A stretch of DNA of 64,000 nucleotides from a virus (IMGVR_UViG_3300045988_111115:1-64000); one strand, 5' to 3'. Shown: positions 1 through 9,541, counted from the first letter of the stretch. Numbers and translations: made by a program. The notes: generated by a model not told the origin, from the sequence alone.

Positions 1-56
1 TCTTTACTCTTCCCTACTCCCTACTCCCTACTCCCTACTCCCTACTCCCTACTCCT
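1..56. repeat. Tandem heptamer repeat (TCCCTAC/CCCTACT), about 7-8 units at the window edge, possibly a genome terminus
   Basis: Direct reading: tccctac repeated in tandem at 11-55, preceded by a degenerate copy. Confidence 0.8.
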
Positions 57-289
57 GAGGTGGTGGTACAAGTGTTGGTGAGTACACACAGTAGGTGGTG
101 TGGTACTTGGTGAAACCAAGTGTTAGAGGTAATTGGTGAGTAGCAGGAGAGCAGTATTTAGGGTGACAAAAGTACAGTATTCTTAGAGGAGAGGAATAGG
201 TGGTAGTACAGTACTTTTACACTAAGGGTAGGTACAGATTGGTAGGTTAGATTATGTTATACACTACTTTATATATCTCTATTATATGA

Positions 290-1400
290 AAGGTATAAAC
301 TCTGTTTGGAACTTTCAAAAGTACTGTACTTGAGTACTGTAATAGGTACATAAAAAGTACTGTACTTTTACGCCCAAAAGTACTGTATTTTAGGTCGAAA
401 AGTATTAACCACTTTAGAGGGTATTTTGACATCCTGAAAGTACTATGTTATAATTGTGTTATCAAATGATAAAGAAGCGAGGTAACTAAAATGAAGAACG
501 CATTGTATATAGTAAAGACACAAGATAACTGGTATCAATTACGTTGCTACCCTGAGCATATAGTTTTAGGGTGTGGTAAGTGTGTACAAGTACTACTGAA
601 CACTGCTAAAAGGTATGTACTAAGGTACAGAAAAAGCAGTAATTTTAAAAGGGCAGTAAGAAGTATGGAATACAACTATACTCTAAGAGAGGACGTAATG
701 ATTAGGAGACAGTACGAGTATGAACATAGAGATGAGTACTTGGACGGTTTATTACAGGACACTATCTCCTCCGCACTGATTAAAGTGAGGGAAGATACAC
801 CTTTAAAGAGAGTGAAGAAAAGGTTGGTTGGTATTAAACAAAGTACAGTACCTGTAGTAGAAAAGGTAGAACAAGAAGTAAAAAGTACACGTGGTCTAAA
901 GAGTACTATAAAGCTAAAGAGATTAAGTACAAAGTAAAGTACTATGCACTGTAAGAGTGAAGCCGTTTAAGTACTGTATAAGTACTGTATATCTGTTACA
1001 CCTGTAGAAGCATTTACACCCTGTATAAAGACCTATAGCAAGTACAGTACAAAGTACAAGAGTATTCAATCACTGATACAGTCACTAAGCGTTTAAAGCT
1101 AACATAAGTACAGTAGTACTAAAGTACTATAACATAACATAGAATACACTATAACAACACTGTAAGCCATTTTAAGCCGTCAATATTCAAAAGTACTGTA
1201 CATTACAGTACATCAATAATACTATATAACACGTTTTAGACCTGTTTATGACCGTTACAGACCTACTTTGAGCGTGTTACCCTGTAAATTAATACACTGT
1301 ATGCTCTGTATGTGCTACAGTGTATTTTTATTGTACAAGTTGTACAGTAAGTACAGTACTGAAATACTGTTGTATTGTATATAATGCTAAAACATATGAA
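290..1400. repeat. Dispersed array of at least 12 copies of the 9-11-nt motif (A)AAGTACTGTA(C) and its reverse complement
   Basis: Motif seen at about 318, 332, 353, 378, 968, 979, 1038, 1108, 1190, 1215, 1340, and also at 170 and 205. Confidence 0.7.
491..937 (+). CDS. Hypothetical basic (K/R-rich) early protein
   Basis: 148-aa ORF; no recognisable motif. Confidence 0.4.
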   Translation: MKNALYIVKTQDNWYQLRCYPEHIVLGCGKCVQVLLNTAKRYVLRYRKSSNFKRAVRSMEYNYTLREDVMIRRQYEYEHRDEYLDGLLQDTISSALIKVREDTPLKRVKKRLVGIKQSTVPVVEKVEQEVKSTRGLKSTIKLKRLSTK

Positions 1401-1426
1401 AAGCATAAAAAATATCGAAAAAAGTG

Positions 1427-1461
1427 TTGACTATTTCAAAAAATGTGCTATACTATAACCA
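1427..1461 (+). promoter_or_regulatory. Sigma-A-like promoter (TTGACT, 16 nt, TGcTATACT extended -10)
   Basis: gttgactatttcaaaaaatgtgctatactat read directly. Confidence 0.55.
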
Positions 1462-1986
1462 TAGACAACATAGAAACAAAAACATCAACGACAGCAACCA
1501 CTGTTATAGTTACGTCTATAAACAATGCACATTAGAAAACGCATAAGAAGTAGATTTGTTACGTCTACAGTATTAACAATAAGATAAGTTGACTGAGAAA
1601 AGCATTACACAGTTACTACAAGTACCATTAAAAGTGTTGTAGCAATGCTTAGCCGCTTTAAGTGTGCCGTAATAGCATAAACACCAGTAAATGACATACG
1701 GTAGCCAACCTGTAAGATTAGCAACCTGTACCACTACACAAAAGCAAGTACAGGATACGAAAACTCACAAGAAACTTGAAAAAATCTTTGTCACTCACTC
1801 TTAAAAATGAGTACAAAAGTGGCAGAGTGCATAGTGAATATGCACCCTGCACCATTTGTATGCAGTAATTATTGAGTGTATGGCACATTTAATAATTAGT
1901 GCGTACAAGCACTAAACAGTATGGCTATTACTACTAACCTGCTATACTGTATACTATTAAATCTAAGAGTGAGAAAGGAGTTCACT

Positions 1987-2415
1987 ATGAATACAGTAGA
2001 ACTAACACCAAAAACAAAGGCATTGACAGTTAAGAGCAAGGCTTTACTTGAAGTCAGTATGATGAACGGTCAAGTAACATTAGTAAACAATGAAAGTTTA
2101 AGACAGGTACTTCTGTACTGCTTACCTGCTCTAACAAAATTAGATGGCTATAATAGGTATGTAGACAGTGTTATAGATACAGTGTTTCATCGGTATAATC
2201 GCACGAACAAGGATAGAGAAGTTGTAGCAATCAGTTTCAATACTATTCAAGATATGGTGTGCTTGACCTTTATACTCAATGATGAGGAACAACCTTGTAC
2301 ACCTGCTCTATTAGAGAGTGGTACACCTGCATTCTGCTATGTACTTAATATAACAGAGAATTTGTTCTCAGAGTTCGGCTATTGTTACTTTGAACATTTT
2401 AAGCGTATAAGCTAA
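1987..2415 (+). CDS. Hypothetical early protein (ATG directly after the conserved leader motif)
   Basis: In-frame part of ORF 1921..2415. Leader AAGAGTGAGAAAGGAG at 1965-1980, 6 nt before the ATG. Confidence 0.55.
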   Translation: MNTVELTPKTKALTVKSKALLEVSMMNGQVTLVNNESLRQVLLYCLPALTKLDGYNRYVDSVIDTVFHRYNRTNKDREVVAISFNTIQDMVCLTFILNDEEQPCTPALLESGTPAFCYVLNITENLFSEFGYCYFEHFKRIS

Positions 2416-2651
2416 TGAATGAAAGGAAAATAGCAAGCACTATTGCAGATACACTTAATGTATTAGGTGTCAATCCTGCAAAAGTAGCTCAAGAACTAAC
2501 TAAGGAACATAAGTCCTTACAGAATACCTTTATGCAGGTCTGTTGTGAGTACATCAAGCAATGTGCAGGTGATAATTATAGCTTTGATGAACGAAACTAT
2601 TTTAACAAAACAGTAGCCTGTTATATTATTAAACAATGCCCCGAACTTTAA
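2415..2651 (+). CDS. Hypothetical small protein
   Basis: 78-aa ORF whose start overlaps the upstream stop (ATGA overlap). Confidence 0.4.
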   Translation: MNERKIASTIADTLNVLGVNPAKVAQELTKEHKSLQNTFMQVCCEYIKQCAGDNYSFDERNYFNKTVACYIIKQCPEL

Positions 2652-2751
2652 GTACTGAACAATAGGGTATGAGTGTTACTCGTACCCTATATTGAGTACC
2701 TAAGGTACTTAGATTTAAACACATACAAGAGTGAGAAAGGAGTTCATCATT

Positions 2752-3552
2752 ATGAACAAAAAGAACTTAACAAAGGCAGAGTTGAAAACAGTATTAGAGG
2801 GTTACGCAAATGTAGTTAAAGAAAAGTCTTTAAAAGACCGTATCAGCTACACTTTGAAGAAGTACAGCAATAGTACCAAGAAAACGGTACTTGACCTTAT
2901 ATCTGATATTGAAACTACGGTTGCACCACTACCTGTTGAAAATTCGGTAAAGAAGTTGCCTGCTAAAAAGACAAAGACTGAAAAAGCTACTGAACCTGAA
3001 GAAAAACCTGAGGAAAAGACAGCTAAGCCTGCACCTAAGAAGAATACTTCAAAAGGTAAGGCAAAACCAAAGCTATCTGCTCCGAAGAGTACTAAAGGTG
3101 CTACAGATAAGTCTGCTCCAATGGCGGCTATCTTCCCTGAGAAGATTGAAGATGAAAACATTGGCACGCTTGTAGCAGTACCTAACAAGTACCACACCAT
3201 AAAGGAACTTAGAGAAGCGATTGAAAGTGGTGAGAAAACTTTAGTAATCGGTGCGTACTTCCCTGTACCATTGATAAAGAAATATGGCTACTCAAACTTT
3301 AATGAAGCTAATGACCGAGTACCAAAGAAAGGTTTTGCTCACGACTTAGACCTACAGCAAGTTATCTACTGTTGTGAGGGTATAAATGCAGTATATGCTC
3401 TTTCGGACTATACAGAAGCAATGTTCGTGTATAGAGACCAAGAGTTAAAGCCTGAAAAAGTTAAAGACAGTACTACAGGTGATACAGTAGCTACACGCTT
3501 TGCCAACGGTTGTGAATTTGAACTTTATGAAGTCATTACCGAAGCAGAATAA
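2752..3552 (+). CDS. Hypothetical lysine-rich early protein (PAPKK-like basic repeats; possible DNA-binding)
   Basis: Leader motif at 2727-2742; ATG 2752. The ORF-track start at 2731 lies inside the RBS motif. Confidence 0.55.
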   Translation: MNKKNLTKAELKTVLEGYANVVKEKSLKDRISYTLKKYSNSTKKTVLDLISDIETTVAPLPVENSVKKLPAKKTKTEKATEPEEKPEEKTAKPAPKKNTSKGKAKPKLSAPKSTKGATDKSAPMAAIFPEKIEDENIGTLVAVPNKYHTIKELREAIESGEKTLVIGAYFPVPLIKKYGYSNFNEANDRVPKKGFAHDLDLQQVIYCCEGINAVYALSDYTEAMFVYRDQELKPEKVKDSTTGDTVATRFANGCEFELYEVITEAE

Positions 3553-3556
3553 GAGC

Positions 3557-3581
3557 CGAAACACCCCTTTTGGGGTGTCTG
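3557..3581 (+). terminator. Stem-loop aacacccc-tttt-ggggtgt, a terminator-like hairpin
   Basis: Perfect 7-8 bp GC-rich stem read directly; no strong U-run. Confidence 0.45.
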
Positions 3582-3661
3582 TATAAGCTGACTACTTATG
3601 CACTGATGATGGCAAGTCATTAGAACTACTAAAACAAAAGAGTGAGAAAGGAAGATACACT

Positions 3662-4138
3662 ATGACTAAAAAAACAGACACTAAAAGTCCGCTTGTAAGA
3701 CAACACATTGAAAAGGTTGTACTACAGTACAGAAACGGAAAAGTTAAGAACTATAACTTGTATAAGAAAGGTATTGGCTTTCCTGCTTTGACCTGCAAAG
3801 GTACAGTACTTCCATATTGGTACTTTAGTAACACTTTAGGTGCTAAGCTGAAAAGAGTACTTAATGGCATAACAAAAGTTACAGTAGGTAAGATTAATAC
3901 CTCTGTATCTGAATACTATACATTAATTTTTGCAGAGCTTAACAAACTACTTGAACAAGACAAGTGGTGGTATGATAGTTACAGTGAAAGAACAGCAAGA
4001 CTATGGGAAAGAGTAAGTAAGCTGTACAGAGAGGTACAAGAAGAGTACTTAGACGACTTGGAAATACCTGAATTGGTACAACACTTCTACAACCATATGC
4101 GACCTGCAAAACCCTTTTTTGATTGGTCGAAGAATTAA
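3662..4138 (+). CDS. Hypothetical early protein
   Basis: Leader motif 3638-3653; 158-aa ORF. Confidence 0.55.
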   Translation: MTKKTDTKSPLVRQHIEKVVLQYRNGKVKNYNLYKKGIGFPALTCKGTVLPYWYFSNTLGAKLKRVLNGITKVTVGKINTSVSEYYTLIFAELNKLLEQDKWWYDSYSERTARLWERVSKLYREVQEEYLDDLEIPELVQHFYNHMRPAKPFFDWSKN

Positions 4139-4236
4139 GTATTGCAACACAGGGTATAAGTACAGTACTTGTACCTTGTATGGAGTATTTAATACTTCAA
4201 GAAAAACATACACTAAGAGTGAGAAAGGAACATATT

Positions 4237-4662
4237 ATGAGTAAAGATGGAATTAAGCTAAGTAAAAAATACGGAGTAAACCCAACTATACCAATCTGTT
4301 TTTGGTGTGGTGAACACAAGAACGAAATAGCTTTATGCGGTCATATTGGTAACTACAGAAAAGGCGAAGACTTTGAAGCACCAAAGAACTGCATACTTGA
4401 CTATGAGCCTTGTGACAAGTGCAAAGAAACTTGGGATAAAGGCGTCGTATTGATAGAGGTAGACACCAAACCACAAGCGGAGGGTCAGCTCCCTATACAA
4501 GACCCTTACTATCCCACAGGCAGATACGTAGTAATGGAAAAGTCCTCTGCTGAAAAGACTTTTAAACCTGAAGTACTTGAAAAGGGACTACTACTTGTAC
4601 CTCAAGAGGTATTTGAACAGATAGTACCTCAAGAGGATAAAGACACCAAAGACAACGAATAG
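4237..4662 (+). CDS. Hypothetical Cys/His-rich (zinc-finger-like) early protein
   Basis: Leader motif 4215-4230; ATG 4237; CFWCGEHKNEIALCGH and CDKC clusters. Confidence 0.55.
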   Translation: MSKDGIKLSKKYGVNPTIPICFWCGEHKNEIALCGHIGNYRKGEDFEAPKNCILDYEPCDKCKETWDKGVVLIEVDTKPQAEGQLPIQDPYYPTGRYVVMEKSSAEKTFKPEVLEKGLLLVPQEVFEQIVPQEDKDTKDNE

Positions 4663-4857
4663 GTCGTATACTGTTAGAGTGTATTACTGAATAGGTAGTA
4701 CACTTTATAGAGTATAAGACTTTAGTAGTGGGTCTGTACTCAATCCGTTAAATATTTTGAGCAGGGTACTAACGACCTCACTCAGTTAGTACCTTGAACA
4801 AAGTACTTAACGGTACTTTGGAACTACTATACTTAAGAGTGAGAAAGGAGAAACACT

Positions 4858-5178
4858 ATGAAAATTATAAGACCTAAGAAATTGGTACAACCACCTGTAG
4901 AGGAGAAGCCAAAGCAAAGAGTGGTAGATGATGATAGCTACCCTGACTTATTAGAGAAAAAGGAATTAGTACTTGGAGATACTAATAAGTTAGTGTTTAG
5001 TGTAGCAAGGGGAGGAGAATATGGTCTCCCTATGATAGACATTAGGCACTACACCGATACAAGTAAGTATTCAGGTCCTACTAAGAAAGGTATTAGACTA
5101 CCACTTGAAATGCTCTATGACTTCTTGGAAATACTTGAGGAAATTGATACCGAGTGTGACGAAAATGGAATTGAGTGA
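4858..5178 (+). CDS. Hypothetical early protein
   Basis: Leader motif 4835-4850; 106-aa ORF. Confidence 0.55.
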   Translation: MKIIRPKKLVQPPVEEKPKQRVVDDDSYPDLLEKKELVLGDTNKLVFSVARGGEYGLPMIDIRHYTDTSKYSGPTKKGIRLPLEMLYDFLEILEEIDTECDENGIE

Positions 5179-5508
5179 TAAGGAATTTAATGAGTACCCT
5201 CTGACTGTAAAAGGTTGGAGGGTCTTATTTTTTTGTCCTGAGATACTATGGTATTTTAGGTCTACACACTGTACAGTAAGTAACTATGGTTGGTAATGAA
5301 TAGCTACAGTAGTGGTGAGAAGTACATAGGTTTTGGAGGCTTAACACTTGATATAATCAGTATCTTGGCATTATATATGATTTTCATAAAATTCTATAAA
5401 AACTATTGACAAGTAGTATCGTATGTGATACAGTCTATACAGTAAATGAGCGACAACACATTTACAGTCATAACACTACTAACTGAAAAATGAGAAAGTG
5501 AGAAACAA

Positions 5509-5655
5509 ATGAATATTGAAACATTAAACAAGTCCGCACAAGTGTTATGTGGGAACTGTAAGCAGTACCGCATATATGCAAAGTGCAATACAGTTTGCAT
5601 AGATTGCCCCTTACATAGAACGCTTGAAGTCTTGAAAGCCTTGAATAACAAGTAA
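5509..5655 (+). CDS. Small Cys-rich (CxxC...CxxC) zinc-ribbon-like protein, 48 aa
   Basis: Variant leader (gagaaagtgagaaacaa) then ATG 5509; followed by a hairpin terminator. Preferred over the antisense ORF 5403..5672. Confidence 0.45.
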   Translation: MNIETLNKSAQVLCGNCKQYRIYAKCNTVCIDCPLHRTLEVLKALNNK

Positions 5656-5664
5656 TTTAAAAAT

Positions 5665-5698
5665 AAATGCACTGTGAGTTGTCAACAGTGCATTTATA
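5665..5698 (+). terminator. Rho-independent terminator-like hairpin (aaatgcactg...cagtgcattt plus T-rich run)
   Basis: 9-bp perfect stem read directly. Confidence 0.5.
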
Positions 5699-7224
5699 TT
5701 ACTTATAAGTTGGATAGTGACTACTCAGTACATAGAGGTATTGAGGTGTTACTCAGATACTTCTCACTGAGGTTATACTGACTTGGGTAATGGTGGGTAG
5801 TACTTCTGCTCTCTGATATAGTGCTATGGTTTGGCTTTGACAAAAAAGGTTGGTCTTTCTGAAATAGACATAAGCAAGATACCTTAGGGAGGTACACTAC
5901 TGTATTAGTGGCACTATGTAGCTTTTGGTGAGAATAGCGACTAAAGGGAGGTCAAGGCTATTACTAAGGTACTATAGACCTATATAGCTACTGAGGTAAA
6001 GATGATTGGCTCTACCAAAGTTACTGCCCTATTCCGAAAGGTAGAGGTGATTTGATGGGCATTTCAACAAAAGTCCAAATAAACTAATATGCTAAAGACT
6101 TCACAGATTTTCAAGTGACTTTGCTAAAATGCAACTTTTGGGTTAAAATTCCCAAAAAGCCGAAAATTCACAATATTTTAGGTCACATTAGGTCACACAA
6201 TGCTCCTATTTGAGGTCTCAAAAAGTTATATAATCTTAGTATAAGCATTACTAATAGACATATATAGGTCTTTCATAATATAGGGCATTTTAAGTGTTTT
6301 CGCCTTACTAATTCGGAAAATTTTAAGCCTTTTTTCAAGTGTACTATTTTAAGCCCTTAAAAATCAAAATAAGCACTTTTGTTATTGCATTTGCTTTAAA
6401 TACTTCAACTACTTTAAACATCACATAATAAATGCAGTCAAGCATAAATAACAAATTATTCCTTGATTTGTGAATGAAATAACTTAAATATTGCATTGAT
6501 TTTCTTTCTTTTGTATTTGTTCTTTGTGTTCTTCGCTTTCATTCTTTAACTTCTTTCTTTCCTGCTTTTGTTCTTCAAACAAAACTTGAAACTTAAATTC
6601 AATTTTGAAATTTTTATAAACTAAAACTAAGATTTTCAGTGAGTAGTAAAACTACTTTATGTTTGTATACAATTCACATAACAATACTTGATGTTTGCCT
6701 TGCTTTGTACTTGTTCACAACAACTTCAAAATTAAAACTAAAATTTATTTTCTTTGTCGCACTTGCAAACTTCTTATTTTAGGTTATACAATGAATAACT
6801 TATGTAAAAAAATTGCATATAATCAAAACAGACCCCACCCTTAAACCGCCTTACTTTAGTCCGCCTGCTGAGCCACACACCATAATATTGGTGATAAAAT
6901 TGAGGGTAGGAGTGTACCATAAAATACAGTACTGTACAGAGGTTGCGTTGTGCAAAAGGCGAGTAAGCGTGGTGTAAAAATATTCTCGGTGTATAAAAAC
7001 AGAGGTGTAAGTGTACCATAATTAAAAAAGAGTGTATAAAGACCTAAGGAAAGTGCCCTGAGAAGAGCAGAAACAGTTCTAAAAGACGGAATAAGTAAGA
7101 AAAGCTAAATTTACACTACTAAGCACTATGGATAGCATAAAAGACCTGAAAAGACCTAAAGAGAATATACTAAAATGCTAAGAATTTAAGCAGAAAGTTT
7201 TAAGTGCAAGGGTGCTTGCACTAT

Positions 7225-7250
7225 GAGTATATACCTTTAGGTATATACGA
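7225..7250. promoter_or_regulatory. 21-bp perfect palindrome GTATATACC-TTT-GGTATATAC (operator-like), copy 1
   Basis: 26-mer identical to 48438-48463; followed by an AT-rich tract and TGtTATAAT at about 7352-7360. Confidence 0.6.
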
Positions 7251-7392
7251 ATATAATTATATATAATATATTATAATATAGTTAATATTACACATCTAAG
7301 TGAAAAATGGAGGCGGTGTCCAATTTGCAATAGTGCTTTGACAGTGTTATAATGTAGCTACACCAAATGAAGAGAAAGTGAGGTATATAAAA

Positions 7393-7818
7393 ATGAGGTT
7401 TGGAGTACAGTTAATGCAGTTGTTCAAACAAGCCCTTGAAATGAACAAACAGTGGGACGTAAATAAACACCCAATAATACTTATTAAGATAAGAGATACT
7501 ATATTGAGATATACAGGTTGTGAGATACGGTTCAAGTTTAACCCTGTAGACAATTTAGGAGTAGCAATAATGCTTGATGATATATTAGTAGAGGGTTGTA
7601 ATGAGACGTTTACAGAAGTGCTTGAGAGTGTACAAGGTAAGTACATAGGCGGACCACTTGACTTTAATATTACCTCTGCAATGGCAAATGATTTTAATGA
7701 AGCTATGTTGTTAAAGACAAGTGGTAGAGTAAATGCAAAACCTGTAATGACTATATGTTCAGATGAGGAGAAGCTAATAGTAGAAGATTTCATAGTGGAG
7801 GTAGAGTATGATGAATGA
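7393..7818 (+). CDS. Hypothetical protein
   Basis: ORF 7378..7818; ATG 7393 has GTGAGG RBS 9 nt upstream. Confidence 0.5.
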   Translation: MRFGVQLMQLFKQALEMNKQWDVNKHPIILIKIRDTILRYTGCEIRFKFNPVDNLGVAIMLDDILVEGCNETFTEVLESVQGKYIGGPLDFNITSAMANDFNEAMLLKTSGRVNAKPVMTICSDEEKLIVEDFIVEVEYDE

Positions 7819-8233
7819 AGAGTTTAAGAGTTGCTTTTACTGCAAGTACTATAAAGACGGTAAGTGCTTGAGACTGACCGAAGATATAGACTTTGACTAT
7901 GGTTTTGATGTACTGTTTGATAAGTATATCAGCGAAAGTGATATTGATATAAGTGCAGAGGAGCATTTAGTAAATGTACTGTCTATTGAAGAGGTGATAA
8001 AAGGTATTATGAATGTACTTGACCGTAACAGTGTAAGAGTAGGTATCAAGAAAAGAGTACAGATAAAAAAGGACCTTAGTGAGTTGTTGAATGGGTATTA
8101 TGAAAAGTATATACAGGGCAGTGCCGAGTTCGCAAGTGATACAGTACTGAATTTAAAGAATGAGAGAGGGTTAATAAACGAAGTAATGCAGTTAGAGGTC
8201 GAGCCGACTTTCTGCTGTAAATATTGGAGGTAG
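7808..8233 (+). CDS. Hypothetical protein (CxxC...C motif)
   Basis: 141-aa ORF with start/stop overlap to neighbours. Confidence 0.5.
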   Translation: MMNEEFKSCFYCKYYKDGKCLRLTEDIDFDYGFDVLFDKYISESDIDISAEEHLVNVLSIEEVIKGIMNVLDRNSVRVGIKKRVQIKKDLSELLNGYYEKYIQGSAEFASDTVLNLKNERGLINEVMQLEVEPTFCCKYWR

Positions 8234-8415
8234 TAGTAATTAACATAAAGTGTTATAAAGAATTGTGTATGTACTATGGAGTTGCAGAGTTTAAAAACTC
8301 TCTAAATGCTGTTATGGGTGATATTACATTCTATCAGTATATCAAGAGTACTTATACAGAAGAGGAAATAGAAAAGTGTAAAGTAGTTATAAGAAAGAGA
8401 GGTTACATAGTATGA
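8224..8415 (+). CDS. Hypothetical small protein
   Basis: 63-aa ORF, translationally coupled. Confidence 0.4.
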   Translation: MEVVVINIKCYKELCMYYGVAEFKNSLNAVMGDITFYQYIKSTYTEEEIEKCKVVIRKRGYIV

Positions 8416-8618
8416 AAGTTTGGGAGTTAATAGCAGAGTTAAGCAAGTACCCCGCAGGGTATGATATAGAGGTAGAAATGGTAGAGGAGGACTATACAGT
8501 AAACACTATTAAAGAGAAAGGCAGTCCCCAAATATCCGCAGTGAGTGCCGACTTAGAGAGTATAGAGAGTTATTCAGCAGGTGAGAAAATCACCCTTACA
8601 GGTAGTTTTCAGTATTAA
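8412..8618 (+). CDS. Hypothetical small protein
   Basis: 68-aa ORF with ATGA overlap. Confidence 0.4.
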   Translation: MKVWELIAELSKYPAGYDIEVEMVEEDYTVNTIKEKGSPQISAVSADLESIESYSAGEKITLTGSFQY

Positions 8619-8628
8619 GGAGAAATAA

Positions 8629-9063
8629 GTGATGAATAGAGCAGAACGACGTAAAATGAAAAAACAAGGGTATAATGAACAAGGTAAGAAAGTCTATAAA
8701 TTGACACAAGACCAATTAGATGATATAGTAGTAAAAGCAATAGAGTTAAAGCGTGCAGAATTGGTGGAACAAGTAACAAGTACTGTAACTAATACGTTTT
8801 TACTGTTTTGCTTAGACGTACTACACTGTAAGTTTAATTTCGGTAAGATGAGATTGAAAAGATTTAAGTACTTTATGGACGAGCTGAGCGAACTTATCAC
8901 TGATGAAGATTGCAAGACAGAGGAAGTCCGAGAAGCACTTGAAGAGAAAGTAGACTTGGAGTTTATGTACCGTTCAATTAAGCCAAATGAAATATATACT
9001 GAAAAACATTGGGGGGACTATGAGCAAGTTACACCTTACCCACAAGAGAACAAGGAGGAGTAG
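8629..9063 (+). CDS. Hypothetical protein
   Basis: 144-aa ORF; AAGGAG RBS at 8617-8622. Confidence 0.5.
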   Translation: MMNRAERRKMKKQGYNEQGKKVYKLTQDQLDDIVVKAIELKRAELVEQVTSTVTNTFLLFCLDVLHCKFNFGKMRLKRFKYFMDELSELITDEDCKTEEVREALEEKVDLEFMYRSIKPNEIYTEKHWGDYEQVTPYPQENKEE

Positions 9064-9065
9064 TA

Positions 9066-9233
9066 ATGAGTACTTATAAGCATAAGTTACCTAATGTGGA
9101 GATTAAAAGCAAAGACAATAATGTACTTGTAATTAAGGATAATCAGTTGCTGTTTAAGCAAGAGAAAACAAAGCAAACAGTGGCAATAGCAACTGCACTG
9201 TACTTTTATCATAAATACGGAGGATTGCTTTAA
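9066..9233 (+). CDS. Hypothetical small protein (55 aa)
   Basis: Below the ORF-track cutoff; ATG 3 nt after the upstream stop; read manually. Confidence 0.3.
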   Translation: MSTYKHKLPNVEIKSKDNNVLVIKDNQLLFKQEKTKQTVAIATALYFYHKYGGLL

Positions 9234-9244
9234 TAAGTACATTT

Positions 9245-9541
9245 ATGCACCGCAGAATAGGAGAATATGTGATGAATAACAAGAGAATAGCATTGAAAGG
9301 TAGACCTTTTAGCCGATTGACTGATGAAAAGTTAAAAGAGTATCAGGAGATGTTTCAAGATTTTATAGGGTGCTTCAAGTATGAAGATAAGGAAAAAGAG
9401 GAGTTAATGCAAGAAGTTTGGAAGCTACTTTCAGACGAAGAAGTTGACCGTTGGAGTACTCAAAAAGTGATAACAGAAGAGCCGAAAAAGCCTGAGGTAT
9501 TTCCTAAGTTAAAGATAAGACACTTAGTTAAACGTAGGTAG
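9245..9541 (+). CDS. Hypothetical protein
   Basis: 98-aa ORF. Confidence 0.45.
   Translation: MHRRIGEYVMNNKRIALKGRPFSRLTDEKLKEYQEMFQDFIGCFKYEDKEKEELMQEVWKLLSDEEVDRWSTQKVITEEPKKPEVFPKLKIRHLVKRR

Noticed and set aside
1-56. Short tandem repeats that could be mistaken for a CRISPR array
   Set aside because: Units are 7 nt with no spacers, which makes this a simple tandem repeat.
247-432. 61-aa minus-strand ORF
   Set aside because: It lies inside the AGTACTGTA motif array and has no RBS. It is likely spurious.
5403-5672. 89-aa minus-strand ORF
   Set aside because: It overlaps a plus-strand 48-aa ORF that has the conserved leader-like RBS and a downstream terminator. The whole region is otherwise transcribed rightwards.
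5700-7377. Looked for tRNA genes in the large non-coding region and at 9575-9960
   Set aside because: No T-loop GGTTCGAATCC-like or cloverleaf-compatible segments were seen by eye. A tRNAscan run would be needed to be sure.
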